A stretch of DNA of 30,840 bases, taken from IMG/VR virus record IMGVR_UViG_3300042332_000905, positions 1 to 30,840 of that record. One strand, written 5' to 3'. The DNA is from a virus. Its lineage: Duplodnaviria; Caudoviricetes. Under the pieces are notes generated by a model. The model was not told the DNA's origin. It ran no database searches and saw only the letters and a program-made list of their open reading frames with translations. Positions 1-9,444 of this stretch are shown one piece after another (position 1 is the first letter of the stretch; each line of letters begins with the position of its first letter). The position numbers and the translations under genes are program-made.

Positions 1-3000
1 TAAACCAACCTCCTAAATTCTCACCAGTAGAAGAATTAGCAATACCTTGAACACCTACATTTAGAGAACCATTAGCACCTTCAGCAGAAGCTATCAAACC
101 ATATGCACCATTACCTCCTGCTGCTCCGCTACCATTGTAAGAACTTTTTGCTCTTAATGCGTATGGTTTTTCATTAGCTGCTGAAAACACATCAAGTTTA
201 GCCATCGTACCAGGAGTTGTGCCTAATCCTACTCCACTACCATCATCAAATAGTAAACTATTTGTAATTCCACTAGTACTTGTCCATTTTGTTAAAAAGT
301 TTAAAGTACCACTTCCAGATATTGTACCTGACCCACCAGCTGGTGTCGCCCATGATAATTGTGCTGGACTACCTCCACCTGTAGTTAATACTTGACCTGC
401 AGTACCTCCTGTTGTAGGAAATATAAAGTTTTTAAATGAAACCTCCCCATCTCCATTGATTTTTAATACCAAATCGTTAGGAAACCCAGATGGTTGTGCA
501 GCATAGTTAGCTGATGCTCCTAAAAATAATTTAAATTCTGCAAGAGCATTTCTTCTAAATATTGTACTTTCTGGTACTATTGAAAAATTATTTGCTGCAA
601 CAACTTCCATAATACCTACTGTTGTACCACTAATAGCACCAGTTGCAATATTATCTGCAGTACCAGTAAATAACAATGTACCTAATTTGTCACCTATAAC
701 TACTGAATCAGGTGTACCAATTGAACCTCTAGATTTTCTAAAAGATATAGCTCCTTTGCGTTCTAAACTATCAGACCAGTTTGCAAGTCTTAATGCAGAA
801 TCTTGAGCTAAACCTTCAGTTTCAACATTTAAATAAGATACTCCTAATTGAACTTTATTATCAGTTCCATCATTAAGTCTAAAACCAACTTCTGTACCTG
901 GTATATCAACAAAAGAGAATCTTGGTGAAGATGTTACAGTATTAGTTGCAGTAAACAATGGTAATTCGCCAGTTGTACCTGTAATTGCAGAAGTTTGAGT
1001 ACCCCATGTCAATACACCAGCACCATTAGTTATCAATGTTTGTCCTACAATACCATCTGTTTTAGGTAATATATAAGTACCTGTAGAGTTACCAATTTTA
1101 ACATATCCATCTTGAGTTAATTCTAAAACATCTTGAACACTGTTTTGAGTATTACCAACTGTTCTAAATTTAAGATTTTTACCTTTACCTGTTGAAGTAT
1201 GATTTACTGTTGCTATTGAAGTAATTAAACTGTGAGAACCAAATTTAACATCACCAAGCACATCATTTAATAAAAGATCTCCAGTTGTATTTTGTCTATT
1301 CAAAATAAGTGCAGGAGTTTGACCTTTTGTAGATGTTATATCAACTACTGGTGCAGCTGTAGATGTACCTGTAGATAGTACTTGTAATGTAGATGTTGCA
1401 GGAGTAAATTTAACTCTTGACCCTCCAGCTAAACCAAGATCACTTTCACCAGTAGTTGTATTAAAGATAAAAGTATTTCCTGTACCAATTTTAAGAAGAT
1501 TAGGTGTTGCAGAATCTACATATACTGGACTATTAGCTAAAACATTTCCTCCAGCACCCCATATTGGTAAATAATATTGAGTACCACCTGTACCTGTAAT
1601 AATTCCAGGAATATCAGCAGATGTTAAAGTAGCCCAACTTGCATCACCACTAGTTGTCATACACTTCAAGAATTTACCAGTTCCTTTAGATGGATCATCA
1701 ACTTGTAATGCATAACTTCCAGTACCTGATGCTTCAGCTTTAACACCAATGTTTTTTGTAGTACCATTTTCAGCTTTACCATAAACACCAATATTAGTTG
1801 CACCAGAACCATTTGCTAAACCATGAACTCCAGTTGAAGTACCAGATGCTGAACCAGCTTCTCCTAAAACACCAAATCCATTTGTTGTACCATTTTTAGC
1901 ATAGAATGTATTCGTATCAGAATTAGATAAAATGTAAAATCTAGTACCAGTTAAAGGATTTGCATTTATAGAAAGGCCTAAACCATTATCTTGAATTTGA
2001 GAGTTTCCTATTGTTGTCCCATTAGGTGTAAATTTAACTATAAAGTTATTACTTCCACCAGAAGCTGAAACAGTACCAGAGATATCAGCAGCAGTTATAG
2101 CAGTCCATCTTGCTTTACCATCTCCTATATCTTTTAAGAATTTACCACCTGTTACAGTTTCACTACCATCTTTTAATTGAATGGCATAATTGTTTAACCC
2201 ATTAAGTGCCTCACCTTTTAATGCTATATTATCACCAATAGTTGATCCTACAGTGATACCATATACACCAATATTTTCATTTGTAGCATTTAAAGCAATA
2301 CCTCTAAGACCTGTATTAACAGAAATTCCAGATCCATTTGTTGTAAATACACCAGCAGTTCCCCCTAATGCAGCACATACAGCTTCTAGAGCAGAGTTTT
2401 TAGTATTAGGTGCAGAAACATATAACATTGTTGTAGACACTGGTATAGAACCAATAGAAACTTCAGAATTGTTATCATATAATACTCCTGTTCCTACTGT
2501 TGTATTGTTTAACCATCTTGCTACCAAGTTTGCAGAACCAGACCCAGAAAGAACGCCACCAGAAATATCAGCTGGAGTAATAAACGCCCAGTTAGCTTCA
2601 CCATCATTAGTAATTGATTTTAAGAATTTACCTGCTTGTTGTGTACCATCTTTTGCTACAATAGCAAATTTTTGTGGTGCAGTAACATCTGCTTCAGCAA
2701 ATAAACCATATGATTTAACTGTACCAGCACCACCAATAGCTCTTACACCTATGTTTAAAGATGTAGAAGATTGTGCTCTAAAATCACCACCTACGTTTGT
2801 ACCAGCATTTGCACCAGTAGCAGAACCTAATACACCAACAGCAGGAGAAGTTCCAGTACCTGTTCTAGTAGTAGTACCCTGTATTGCTACTCTACTTGCA
2901 GTTGAACCAAAAACACTTAATCTTGTATCAGCTACTGGAGTACCATTAATACCTACTGCTGTATTTATATCTACAATTTGACTATTTCCAAGTTGTGTTG

Positions 3001-4258
3001 AACTATTCCATTTTGTCAAAGTGTTTGTAGCACCAGTACCAGATAATGCAGATGCACTAGTAGCAGATAAAGCTGCAATCTGTGCCTGCATTGTTGTAAT
3101 TGTAGTGTTAATAGATGCAATGCTTGCAGTATTAGTAGTACAACATGATTGTAATGCAGATAAATCTAATGCACCAGATCCCCCAACACTTAAATAAGTT
3201 GCAAAATTTGGAAATGATATTTTCTTTTGTGTACAACCAGTAGCATATACTGTTGTATAACTTGAATTATTTAATGGTAAACATGTTGCTGGAGTTACTG
3301 TAGAACCCCAAGTTGTATCATTAGATACATTGGCAATTGTAGCACCAGTATTATTTTTAGTATCTTTTAAATCTGATGTTAACCAAACTAAGTTGTTAAT
3401 TACAACAGCGTTATACTTAAAACCAAAGTTATCAGTATAAGCATCTGAAATAATTTCACCATGTGTTTCATTGCAGTTAGCAGCTCTTACTAATCTTACC
3501 CTTAAACCAGATGTTTTTGGTTGAGCAGTATTTCTTGCAACTAAATCATCATTACTTAATAATGAAAAAGAATATGCAGTTGTTGCAGTTGAATTTGTTG
3601 CTGTGTACGCCCAGTATCTTGCAATCTGACCATTGTTAAGAGAAAACAAACCATTGCCTTCTCTGAATACAGAAGAAATTGCATTAAATGATATTGCATT
3701 TGTAGCACCACTATTTGGTGTACTCCAGCAAGTTGTAGATTTTAATGAACCTCCTGCTACGTTATTCCAACCTGCATTAGTAAGATTGGCAGCAGAATCT
3801 AATGCTTGTATTGTAACATTCCAATCAGATTCAGATGGAATACGCCATTGATCTGGATTTGTAGCAGCATTAACATTAACTAAACCATTAGCAGCTCTAC
3901 CATTACCTTCTGTTCCTGCATTTAAAGCATACCAGTTATATAATCTACCATCATAGGTACAAGAAGCTGTTTGTTCAGCACATATGATTATAAATTCAGT
4001 ATTTGCAACTGATACAACTTCTGGTACTGTGCAGCATGCATCAGTACAAGTAAGTGTAACTAGATCTTGCAAAATACTTGTTAAAGATTCACCATTAGAA
4101 ACAACAACTTGTCCATTACAAGCAATTGCTGGTCCTTGATATCTTACACAATCTGTTTTTACAATGTCAAGACATAACTCTCCTGCACACACTGGAGGTG
4201 CTGTAACAGGTGCTTGTGGTGAAGGTCCACAAGTTTGGCAATTGTTATTAGTACTCAT
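1..4258 (-). CDS. Large modular tail fibre/adhesin, >1400 aa, 3' end outside the window. N-terminal Cys-rich adaptor, circularly permuted FISUMP domain, short coiled coil, then ~6 Gly/Thr-rich fibre repeats
   Basis: Not in the ORF track because it is open at the edge. ATG at 4258 gives MSTNNNCQTCGPSPQAP. I translated 4258-2940 without a stop, spot-checked further, and the same frame reads ...VQGIANSSTGENLGGWF at position 2. Recurrent motifs SGTG..N.L.KW...LGNS.I.D and DG.Q..GKFLK....G.A.W..IT.ADI. Confidence 0.88.
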   Translation of the reverse strand, partial: MSTNNNCQTCGPSPQAPVTAPPVCAGELCLDIVKTDCVRYQGPAIACNGQVVVSNGESLTSILQDLVTLTCTDACCTVPEVVSVANTEFIIICAEQTASCTYDGRLYNWYALNAGTEGNGRAANGLVNVNAATNPDQWRIPSESDWNVTIQALDSAANLTNAGWNNVAGGSLKSTTCWSTPNSGATNAISFNAISSVFREGNGLFSLNNGQIARYWAYTATNSTATTAYSFSLLSNDDLVARNTAQPKTSGLRVRLVRAANCNETHGEIISDAYTDNFGFKYNAVVINNLVWLTSDLKDTKNNTGATIANVSNDTTWGSTVTPATCLPLNNSSYTTVYATGCTQKKISFPNFATYLSVGGSGALDLSALQSCCTTNTASIASINTTITTMQAQIAALSATSASALSGTGATNTLTKWNSSTQLGNSQIVDINTAVGINGTPVADTRLSVFGSTASRVAIQGTTTRTGTGTSPAVGVLGSATGANAGTNVGGDFRAQSSTSLNIGVRAIGGAGTVKSYGLFAEADVTAPQKFAIVAKDGTQQAGKFLKSITNDGEANWAFITPADISGGVLSGSGSANLVARWLNNTTVGTGVLYDNNSEVSIGSIPVSTTMLYVSAPNTKNSALEAVCAALGGTAGVFTTNGSGISVNTGLRGIALNATNENIGVYGITVGSTIGDNIALKGEALNGLNNYAIQLKDGSETVTGGKFLKDIGDGKARWTAITAADISGTVSASGGSNNFIVKFTPNGTTIGNSQIQDNGLGLSINANPLTGTRFYILSNSDTNTFYAKNGTTNGFGVLGEAGSASGTSTGVHGLANGSGATNIGVYGKAENGTTKNIGVKAEASGTGSYALQVDDPSKGTGKFLKCMTTSGDASWATLTSADIPGIITGTGGTQYYLPIWGAGGNVLANSPVYVDSATPNLLKIGTGNTFIFNTTTGESDLGLAGGSRVKFTPATSTLQVLSTGTSTAAPVVDITSTKGQTPALILNRQNTTGDLLLNDVLGDVKFGSHSLITSIATVNHTSTGKGKNLKFRTVGNTQNSVQDVLELTQDGYVKIGNSTGTYILPKTDGIVGQTLITNGAGVLTWGTQTSAITGTTGELPLFTATNTVTSSPRFSFVDIPGTEVGFRLNDGTDNKVQLGVSYLNVETEGLAQDSALRLANWSDSLERKGAISFRKSRGSIGTPDSVVIGDKLGTLLFTGTADNIATGAISGTTVGIMEVVAANNFSIVPESTIFRRNALAEFKLFLGASANYAAQPSGFPNDLVLKINGDGEVSFKNFIFPTTGGTAGQVLTTGGGSPAQLSWATPAGGSGTISGSGTLNFLTKWTSTSGITNSLLFDDGSGVGLGTTPGTMAKLDVFSAANEKPYALRAKSSYNGSGAAGGNGAYGLIASAEGANGSLNVGVQGIANSSTGENLGGWF

Positions 4259-4296
4259 AATATAATATATTTAATTTTCAATTTTAATTTAATTTA

Positions 4297-6288
4297 TCAA
4301 CATACAGGAACATCAATTCCTAATGCTTGTAATGCTTCTATAATTTTATCTGCATAGTATTTTGGAGTAGAACCTGCTACAGTATCTAAATCATACAAAA
4401 ATATATTATTAGCAGCTTGATCTGCTAAAGTGTATTGAGATGAATAAATACCACCATTATCAACAAAAGTTTTTTCATTTAATTCTCTAAAAGCTGCAAA
4501 TAAACCTACATTAGCAGTTGCCACTCTAAATTGATAACCTTTTATAATATAACCATCAGCTGCAGCTTGTGCCAAATTAGCTTTTGCATTAGTAATGTGT
4601 CTGTCATATCTAGTACTTCTTTCTGTTGTACTAATTGGTACAAGTGATGTATGATAACCATTATTTAAAACATTAGTATTTGGATCTGCTTCATCTGCAA
4701 ATGATAAATTAATTACTAGTTTAACATTTGTATCAGGATCTCTTTTAAAGTTTCTTTTTTGAGATATACAAGTTACAAAAGCTTCAACGTATTCTGTACC
4801 ACCTTCACTCATTTTTATTACTCTTACTTTTTTATCATAAAGTGCTGAATCATTATTGTAAACAGGCAACAAACAATTTTTCAAAATAGTAGATTGCATT
4901 GTTTGTAAAGGTGTTAATGTAGTATCCATTGAACCTGAATTATCAAACCAAATGTTGATTTCTGTATTTTCATCAACTTTAATTACAGCATTACAATCAA
5001 CTATATTTTCACAAGAAGGTGCACCATTACAATAACTAACAGCTTTACCATCTGGACATGTTGGCACATATGGTAAACTTGTAACAGGGTTTATATCATT
5101 TACTTTTGGTACTTCTTTATATCTCATATTTAATGTAGAAAATACAATGTGAGGTTCTAACATTGTATTTATATCCCCAGTGTGAGATGCTGGTGAAATT
5201 GTTGTTGTACCTGGTGCGTAAACAAATAACTGCTTAAATTTTTCTATAGAATTTACTGAAGATAAATTTGACTTATTAAAATCATATATTTCCAAACCTA
5301 TTGAACCAACATCACGATCATTAGTACCTTTTAATTTAAGTATATGTGTACCTGCAGGTAATTTAACTGGTAAAACAAACCAATGAGCCCAACCTGCATC
5401 AAAAGATTGCTCAATAATTTTTTGAAAAGGTCCAGTTTGATTTAACTGAACATCAACACTACATTTATTATCAGCTGAAAATCCTAAATGATAAATTTTT
5501 GTTGTATCTAATGTCAAACAAACTGTAAATTCAAAAGTAGAATATTGCTCATTGATATCTGTATTATCACCTAATTTATTATATATAGTATTTACATTTC
5601 CAACAAGCGACCATCTTGTAGTTGCTTGTTTAGGGTTTAAGTTAAATGGTGCTGTTATATTTGCAGAAACTGCCGCAGTACATTTATACTTTTTCCATGT
5701 ACCTGCATCATTATATAAAACTATTGTATCTAATGCATAAGCTCTTTTTTTATTCCAAACATCATATTTATATTCCATTAAACCAACAGCACATAATCTA
5801 TAATACCATAAATTACTTTTAAACAATGATGTTGCAGGCAGTGATGCAGGAGTAGCTGTATATAAAATGTTTGGTTTTTGTGATACAATTGTTCCATTTT
5901 GCAATCTTATTTGTCCATTAGGACTAGGACTTACTAAATAGTGACCTAATGATACATCTACTTCATCAAACAATGCCAAACCATATCTACCATAAGTTCC
6001 TTGTAAATTACAACCAGGTGACATTACACGCATTGTTCCATCATAATCAGGAACAGTATATTTAATACAATTAGTTTTAGTTGCAGGATTTATAACATAT
6101 CCTGTAGGACATTTTGTACATGGTTCAAAACATTCTATTGGACACCATTGAGAACCATCCCAGTAACTTGTAGGACAATTTCTTGGATCTAATTTAGTCC
6201 AACCAGTAGGAGTAAGTATTTGTGCTTCGCAGTCACATGGTGTGATCCATTCTGACCCATTGAATATTTTATAATTATCTATTGCCAT
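4297..6288 (-). CDS. Cys-rich multidomain virion adhesin/fibre protein with a CBM5/12-like motif, a PA14-like beta-sandwich and a C-terminal vWA-like domain
   Basis: 663-aa ORF. MIDAS-like INIWFDNSGSM plus LVINLSFADEAD. W....AY..DTIVLYN....YKC...W carbohydrate-binding-like motif. Lies between other fibre genes. Confidence 0.7.
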   Translation of the reverse strand: MAIDNYKIFNGSEWITPCDCEAQILTPTGWTKLDPRNCPTSYWDGSQWCPIECFEPCTKCPTGYVINPATKTNCIKYTVPDYDGTMRVMSPGCNLQGTYGRYGLALFDEVDVSLGHYLVSPSPNGQIRLQNGTIVSQKPNILYTATPASLPATSLFKSNLWYYRLCAVGLMEYKYDVWNKKRAYALDTIVLYNDAGTWKKYKCTAAVSANITAPFNLNPKQATTRWSLVGNVNTIYNKLGDNTDINEQYSTFEFTVCLTLDTTKIYHLGFSADNKCSVDVQLNQTGPFQKIIEQSFDAGWAHWFVLPVKLPAGTHILKLKGTNDRDVGSIGLEIYDFNKSNLSSVNSIEKFKQLFVYAPGTTTISPASHTGDINTMLEPHIVFSTLNMRYKEVPKVNDINPVTSLPYVPTCPDGKAVSYCNGAPSCENIVDCNAVIKVDENTEINIWFDNSGSMDTTLTPLQTMQSTILKNCLLPVYNNDSALYDKKVRVIKMSEGGTEYVEAFVTCISQKRNFKRDPDTNVKLVINLSFADEADPNTNVLNNGYHTSLVPISTTERSTRYDRHITNAKANLAQAAADGYIIKGYQFRVATANVGLFAAFRELNEKTFVDNGGIYSSQYTLADQAANNIFLYDLDTVAGSTPKYYADKIIEALQALGIDVPVC

Positions 6289-6310
6289 AACTAATTGTAA
6301 AAATAAAAAA

Positions 6311-7024
6311 TTATACGCGATTGCATGGTTTAATCCAAATATCTCCAGCTTTTATTGCATTACTTCCTGTAATACCATTTACACCATAACCATCAACAGT
6401 ACCATATTTAGTATTAAAAGCAGTAAGATCTGGCTGTGCTTCTTGTGCAAAAACTGCTACTCCTCTACCTACTTTACCAGGTGCACCTGGAGTTCCTGGA
6501 TTTCCTGTATCACCTCTTTTTCCTGGATCACCTTTTGCACCTTCTGTTCCTGGTGTTCCTTGACTACCAGGTGTACCATTACAACCATTACAGATTACAT
6601 TTTCACCTATTAAACTGTTATCTACACCACTTGTTACTTTGATAGAAACTCCTCCACATGGACACAATGCACTACCAACTGCTAAAGTAGTAACATCTAA
6701 CAAATCACCATTGTCTCCTTTTTTTCCTGGTGCACCATCATTTCCAGGAGGACCAGGTTGTTTTTCAATAGAACAAATTTTATCTATGACTGCTTGGAAA
6801 AGTTTTATAAAAGTTTCAGGTGGACATGCCAAATCACCAAAACATGAAATATCATATTTAGAAGGATCTAATGTTTCTAATACTTTACAATGATCCAAAG
6901 CAAGCTTATAGAGTACATCAGTAACTGTATCACCTTTGCAAAGTTTCAAACAAGGTATAGCAGGTCCATCCCACAATACAAGTGATGATGGTGTTTTTAA
7001 TCCTGTGTTATTTTTTCCATTCAT
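6311..7024 (-). CDS. Collagen-like (Gly-X-Y) fibre protein with Cys-rich N-terminal adaptor
   Basis: 237 aa. Two GXY runs (GPPGNDGAPGKKGDNGD; GTPGSQGTPGTEGAKGDPGKRGDTGNPGTPGAPGKVGRG). N-terminal WDGPAIPCLKLCKGDTV. C-terminal AGDIWIK. Confidence 0.85.
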   Translation of the reverse strand: MNGKNNTGLKTPSSLVLWDGPAIPCLKLCKGDTVTDVLYKLALDHCKVLETLDPSKYDISCFGDLACPPETFIKLFQAVIDKICSIEKQPGPPGNDGAPGKKGDNGDLLDVTTLAVGSALCPCGGVSIKVTSGVDNSLIGENVICNGCNGTPGSQGTPGTEGAKGDPGKRGDTGNPGTPGAPGKVGRGVAVFAQEAQPDLTAFNTKYGTVDGYGVNGITGSNAIKAGDIWIKPCNRV

Positions 7025-7038
7025 AATCTATAATTTTT

Positions 7039-9006
7039 TTATAATACTCCAGCACAACTTGTTGGTAAATTAAGTGCAGGAGCATTAAAACTTGATGTTA
7101 CAATTCCAATACTTGAAAGTGTAGTTCCTAAATTTGCTGGTCTTTTTACAACACCATCTACTTCTGTAGTACCTTCATATGCACCTAAATAACAAAATGC
7201 ACATTGAATATATTTTCTACAATTAAGGTCTTTATCAACTCCTCTGTTGTGATATACTTTAACATAATTTGAATAAATTCCATTTACAGGTATCACAATA
7301 TTAACAACATACTCTTGCCATCCTGCTGGACTTTGTCCTGCTTTTGCTACACCAAAAGTATCTAATTTCCAATATGCACGTTTTGTTCTTATTTTTATAA
7401 CAATTGGTTTTCCTGTATTATTTGCAGCATTGTTTTCAGTTAATGCATCAACTAATGTTACTCTAAACTGATAATATTCAGATTGTGGTTCAGTTGGATT
7501 TAACTCTTTATTAATACCAGCATTTACATCATCACTACCAAATGGATAATCAGTAAATGGAGGAAATGTTTCTAAAGTACATGGAAGTTTCTTTGTAGGA
7601 ACTCTGTCTTGTAAATAATCATTTCCAAAACCATCATCAATTTTACTTCCACCAGCACAAGGAGGAGTTGCAGTTGCACAATCACATCCAATAGTTTCAA
7701 CAGTAAAAGGAGTAGCTTTTGATATAATTGGATTAGTGTTTAGAGTATCACTATAAAAATCAAAAGAACTAACTCCACCTAAAATTTCCATTTTAATTTT
7801 AAATGCAGATGTGGTAGTTCCACCACCTCCACCTCCACCACTTGATGCAGGAGCAACTATAGCTAATCCTGCTGAAGAATCACCACAATCATATGCTGCT
7901 ATAAGTTCAATTTTATATGTTAAAGTTGTATCAGTAATGTATGGAGTTAAATCATAAGATGTTGTGGTTCCTACTATACTGTTATTTTGATGCACAGTAG
8001 CACCTGTTGTTGAGTTTGTTACTTTTATTTTATAACCTACAGGTTGTGAATATGTAGAAGGTGCTGGACTATTCCATGTTACATCTTGAGTTGCTGGATC
8101 ATATACTAAAGATGGTACAGCAGGAAAACAAGAAGATGAACCAGAAGCAGAAGCTGTACTTGTTTCATTTAATTTACAAACAACTTTCCACAAGTTTGTC
8201 ATAGATTCTACAACAGAACTTGGGTCCTGAATCCATCCTGGTAGTGAACTATATTTTGTATTTGTGGTTCCAGGTATAATTGTATTAACTGTAATACATT
8301 GATTATCAATAAGTGTTGTCCATTGCTGACTTGTTCCAAGCAAGTCAATATAACTACACATTGCTGTTTCTAAATTTGCAAAAGCTGTTGTAATTGGTAA
8401 AACTTGTCCTGGTGTAGGTGCACTTAAACATTTTGATGTTACAGTAGTTGTACTTCCACTGCCTCCAGCAGAACCTCCACCACCTGTAAGTGTAGCATTT
8501 AAAGTATTAACCTGTGTGGTCAAATTAGTTACTACTGATTTTAAACTTTTAACATCAATTATAATTTTACAAATAGTATCAGCTAAAAACTTAGCATACA
8601 AATCTAATCTTAGACTTGTAATAGTGTCTCCATCAGTATTTTTATAATGCAAACATGTTGGTAAATTTACTATTGGTAAAGTACTAGCAGGTCCTGAACC
8701 AGATGAAGTATCTAAACTACAATGCTGATTTATTATAAGTTGTAATGCTTCTCTTAATGTTTCTGGTGGACAAGCACCATCTTCTAGCATACATTTATAA
8801 TCAAGTTTAGTTACATCAAGAACATTATCAGTGATGTCACAAAGTATAATTGCTAAATCATATATTACTTTCTGAACAGTATCTCCACTACATAAATCTA
8901 AGCATGGAATATCTGGACCAGTCCACATAATAAGATCTGCTGCTGTTTTTAATCCTGATTCAGATGGATTATTGCAAAATTCTTCATTTCCTTCTAATGG
9001 TCTCAT
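7039..9006 (-). CDS. Cys-rich structural fibre protein with coiled coil, Gly/Ser linkers and an FN3-like domain
   Basis: 655 aa. N-terminal WTGPDIPCLDLCSGDTV adaptor. Heptads LKSVVTNLTTQVNTLNATL. FN3-like VTWNSP...GYKIKV...YDL...TYKIELIA (~7865-8125). Confidence 0.75.
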   Translation of the reverse strand: MRPLEGNEEFCNNPSESGLKTAADLIMWTGPDIPCLDLCSGDTVQKVIYDLAIILCDITDNVLDVTKLDYKCMLEDGACPPETLREALQLIINQHCSLDTSSGSGPASTLPIVNLPTCLHYKNTDGDTITSLRLDLYAKFLADTICKIIIDVKSLKSVVTNLTTQVNTLNATLTGGGGSAGGSGSTTTVTSKCLSAPTPGQVLPITTAFANLETAMCSYIDLLGTSQQWTTLIDNQCITVNTIIPGTTNTKYSSLPGWIQDPSSVVESMTNLWKVVCKLNETSTASASGSSSCFPAVPSLVYDPATQDVTWNSPAPSTYSQPVGYKIKVTNSTTGATVHQNNSIVGTTTSYDLTPYITDTTLTYKIELIAAYDCGDSSAGLAIVAPASSGGGGGGGTTTSAFKIKMEILGGVSSFDFYSDTLNTNPIISKATPFTVETIGCDCATATPPCAGGSKIDDGFGNDYLQDRVPTKKLPCTLETFPPFTDYPFGSDDVNAGINKELNPTEPQSEYYQFRVTLVDALTENNAANNTGKPIVIKIRTKRAYWKLDTFGVAKAGQSPAGWQEYVVNIVIPVNGIYSNYVKVYHNRGVDKDLNCRKYIQCAFCYLGAYEGTTEVDGVVKRPANLGTTLSSIGIVTSSFNAPALNLPTSCAGVL

Positions 9007-9008
9007 TT

Positions 9009-9236
9009 CTAAAGAGTTTTAATTTTTTCTTCAACAGCTTCTATAGGACAGCATCCTATGGTATTTTCTAAACCACATGCTTTTCTTTCTAACCCTCTGT
9101 TGAGAATTGTTTGTAATTCTAACGCAAGTTCAAAATCAACTGTTTTAATACAAGACTCAATACCAAATCTATCTATATTGAATTTCTGAAAACATGACTC
9201 AGCAACTATATCTGCAATATGAAAACTTGGATTCAT
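9009..9236 (-). CDS. Small Cys-containing protein in the tail module
   Basis: 75-aa ORF, packed 2 nt from the next start codon. Confidence 0.75.
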   Translation of the reverse strand: MNPSFHIADIVAESCFQKFNIDRFGIESCIKTVDFELALELQTILNRGLERKACGLENTIGCCPIEAVEEKIKTL

Positions 9237-9247
9237 TTTGTATTGTT

Positions 9248-9424
9248 TTAACGTAAATTAATATTGTATTGAGAATTGTTATTTCTTCTATCTAACTCTT
9301 CTCTTTGTTGTTTAAGTTTATCCTCATATGCAATTACACATGATGAGCAAACTTCAACACCATTGCTCGCTGTTCTTTTTTGGCATCCACATGTAATGTT
9401 TGAGCCACAATTGTTGCAATTCAT
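9248..9424 (-). CDS. 58-aa Cys-rich (Zn-finger-like) microprotein, not in the ORF track
   Basis: MNCNNCGSNITCGCQKRTASNGVEVCSSCVIAYEDKLKQQREELDRRNNNSQYNINLR*. CxxC-CxC-CxxC pattern. Fills the gap between neighbouring genes. Confidence 0.8.
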   Translation of the reverse strand: MNCNNCGSNITCGCQKRTASNGVEVCSSCVIAYEDKLKQQREELDRRNNNSQYNINLR

Positions 9425-9444
9425 ATTCTTCTGTTTTTAAGTTA

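Noticed and set aside
2190-2981. 263-aa plus-strand ORF (also 3633-3851)
   Set aside because: Antisense shadow of the large minus-strand fibre gene. Its Pro/Ala/Thr richness mirrors Gly/Ala/Thr codons on the real strand.
3480-3620. Diversity-generating retroelement target (FISUMP/CLec variable region)
   Set aside because: No reverse transcriptase and no template-repeat copy seen in this window. Cannot be excluded for the rest of the genome.
6289-6350. Programmed frameshift fusing the collagen gene to the 663-aa gene
   Set aside because: The downstream frame is open for a short stretch, but the gap is a T-rich intergenic-type spacer with a good ATG and no clear slippery site before the stop.
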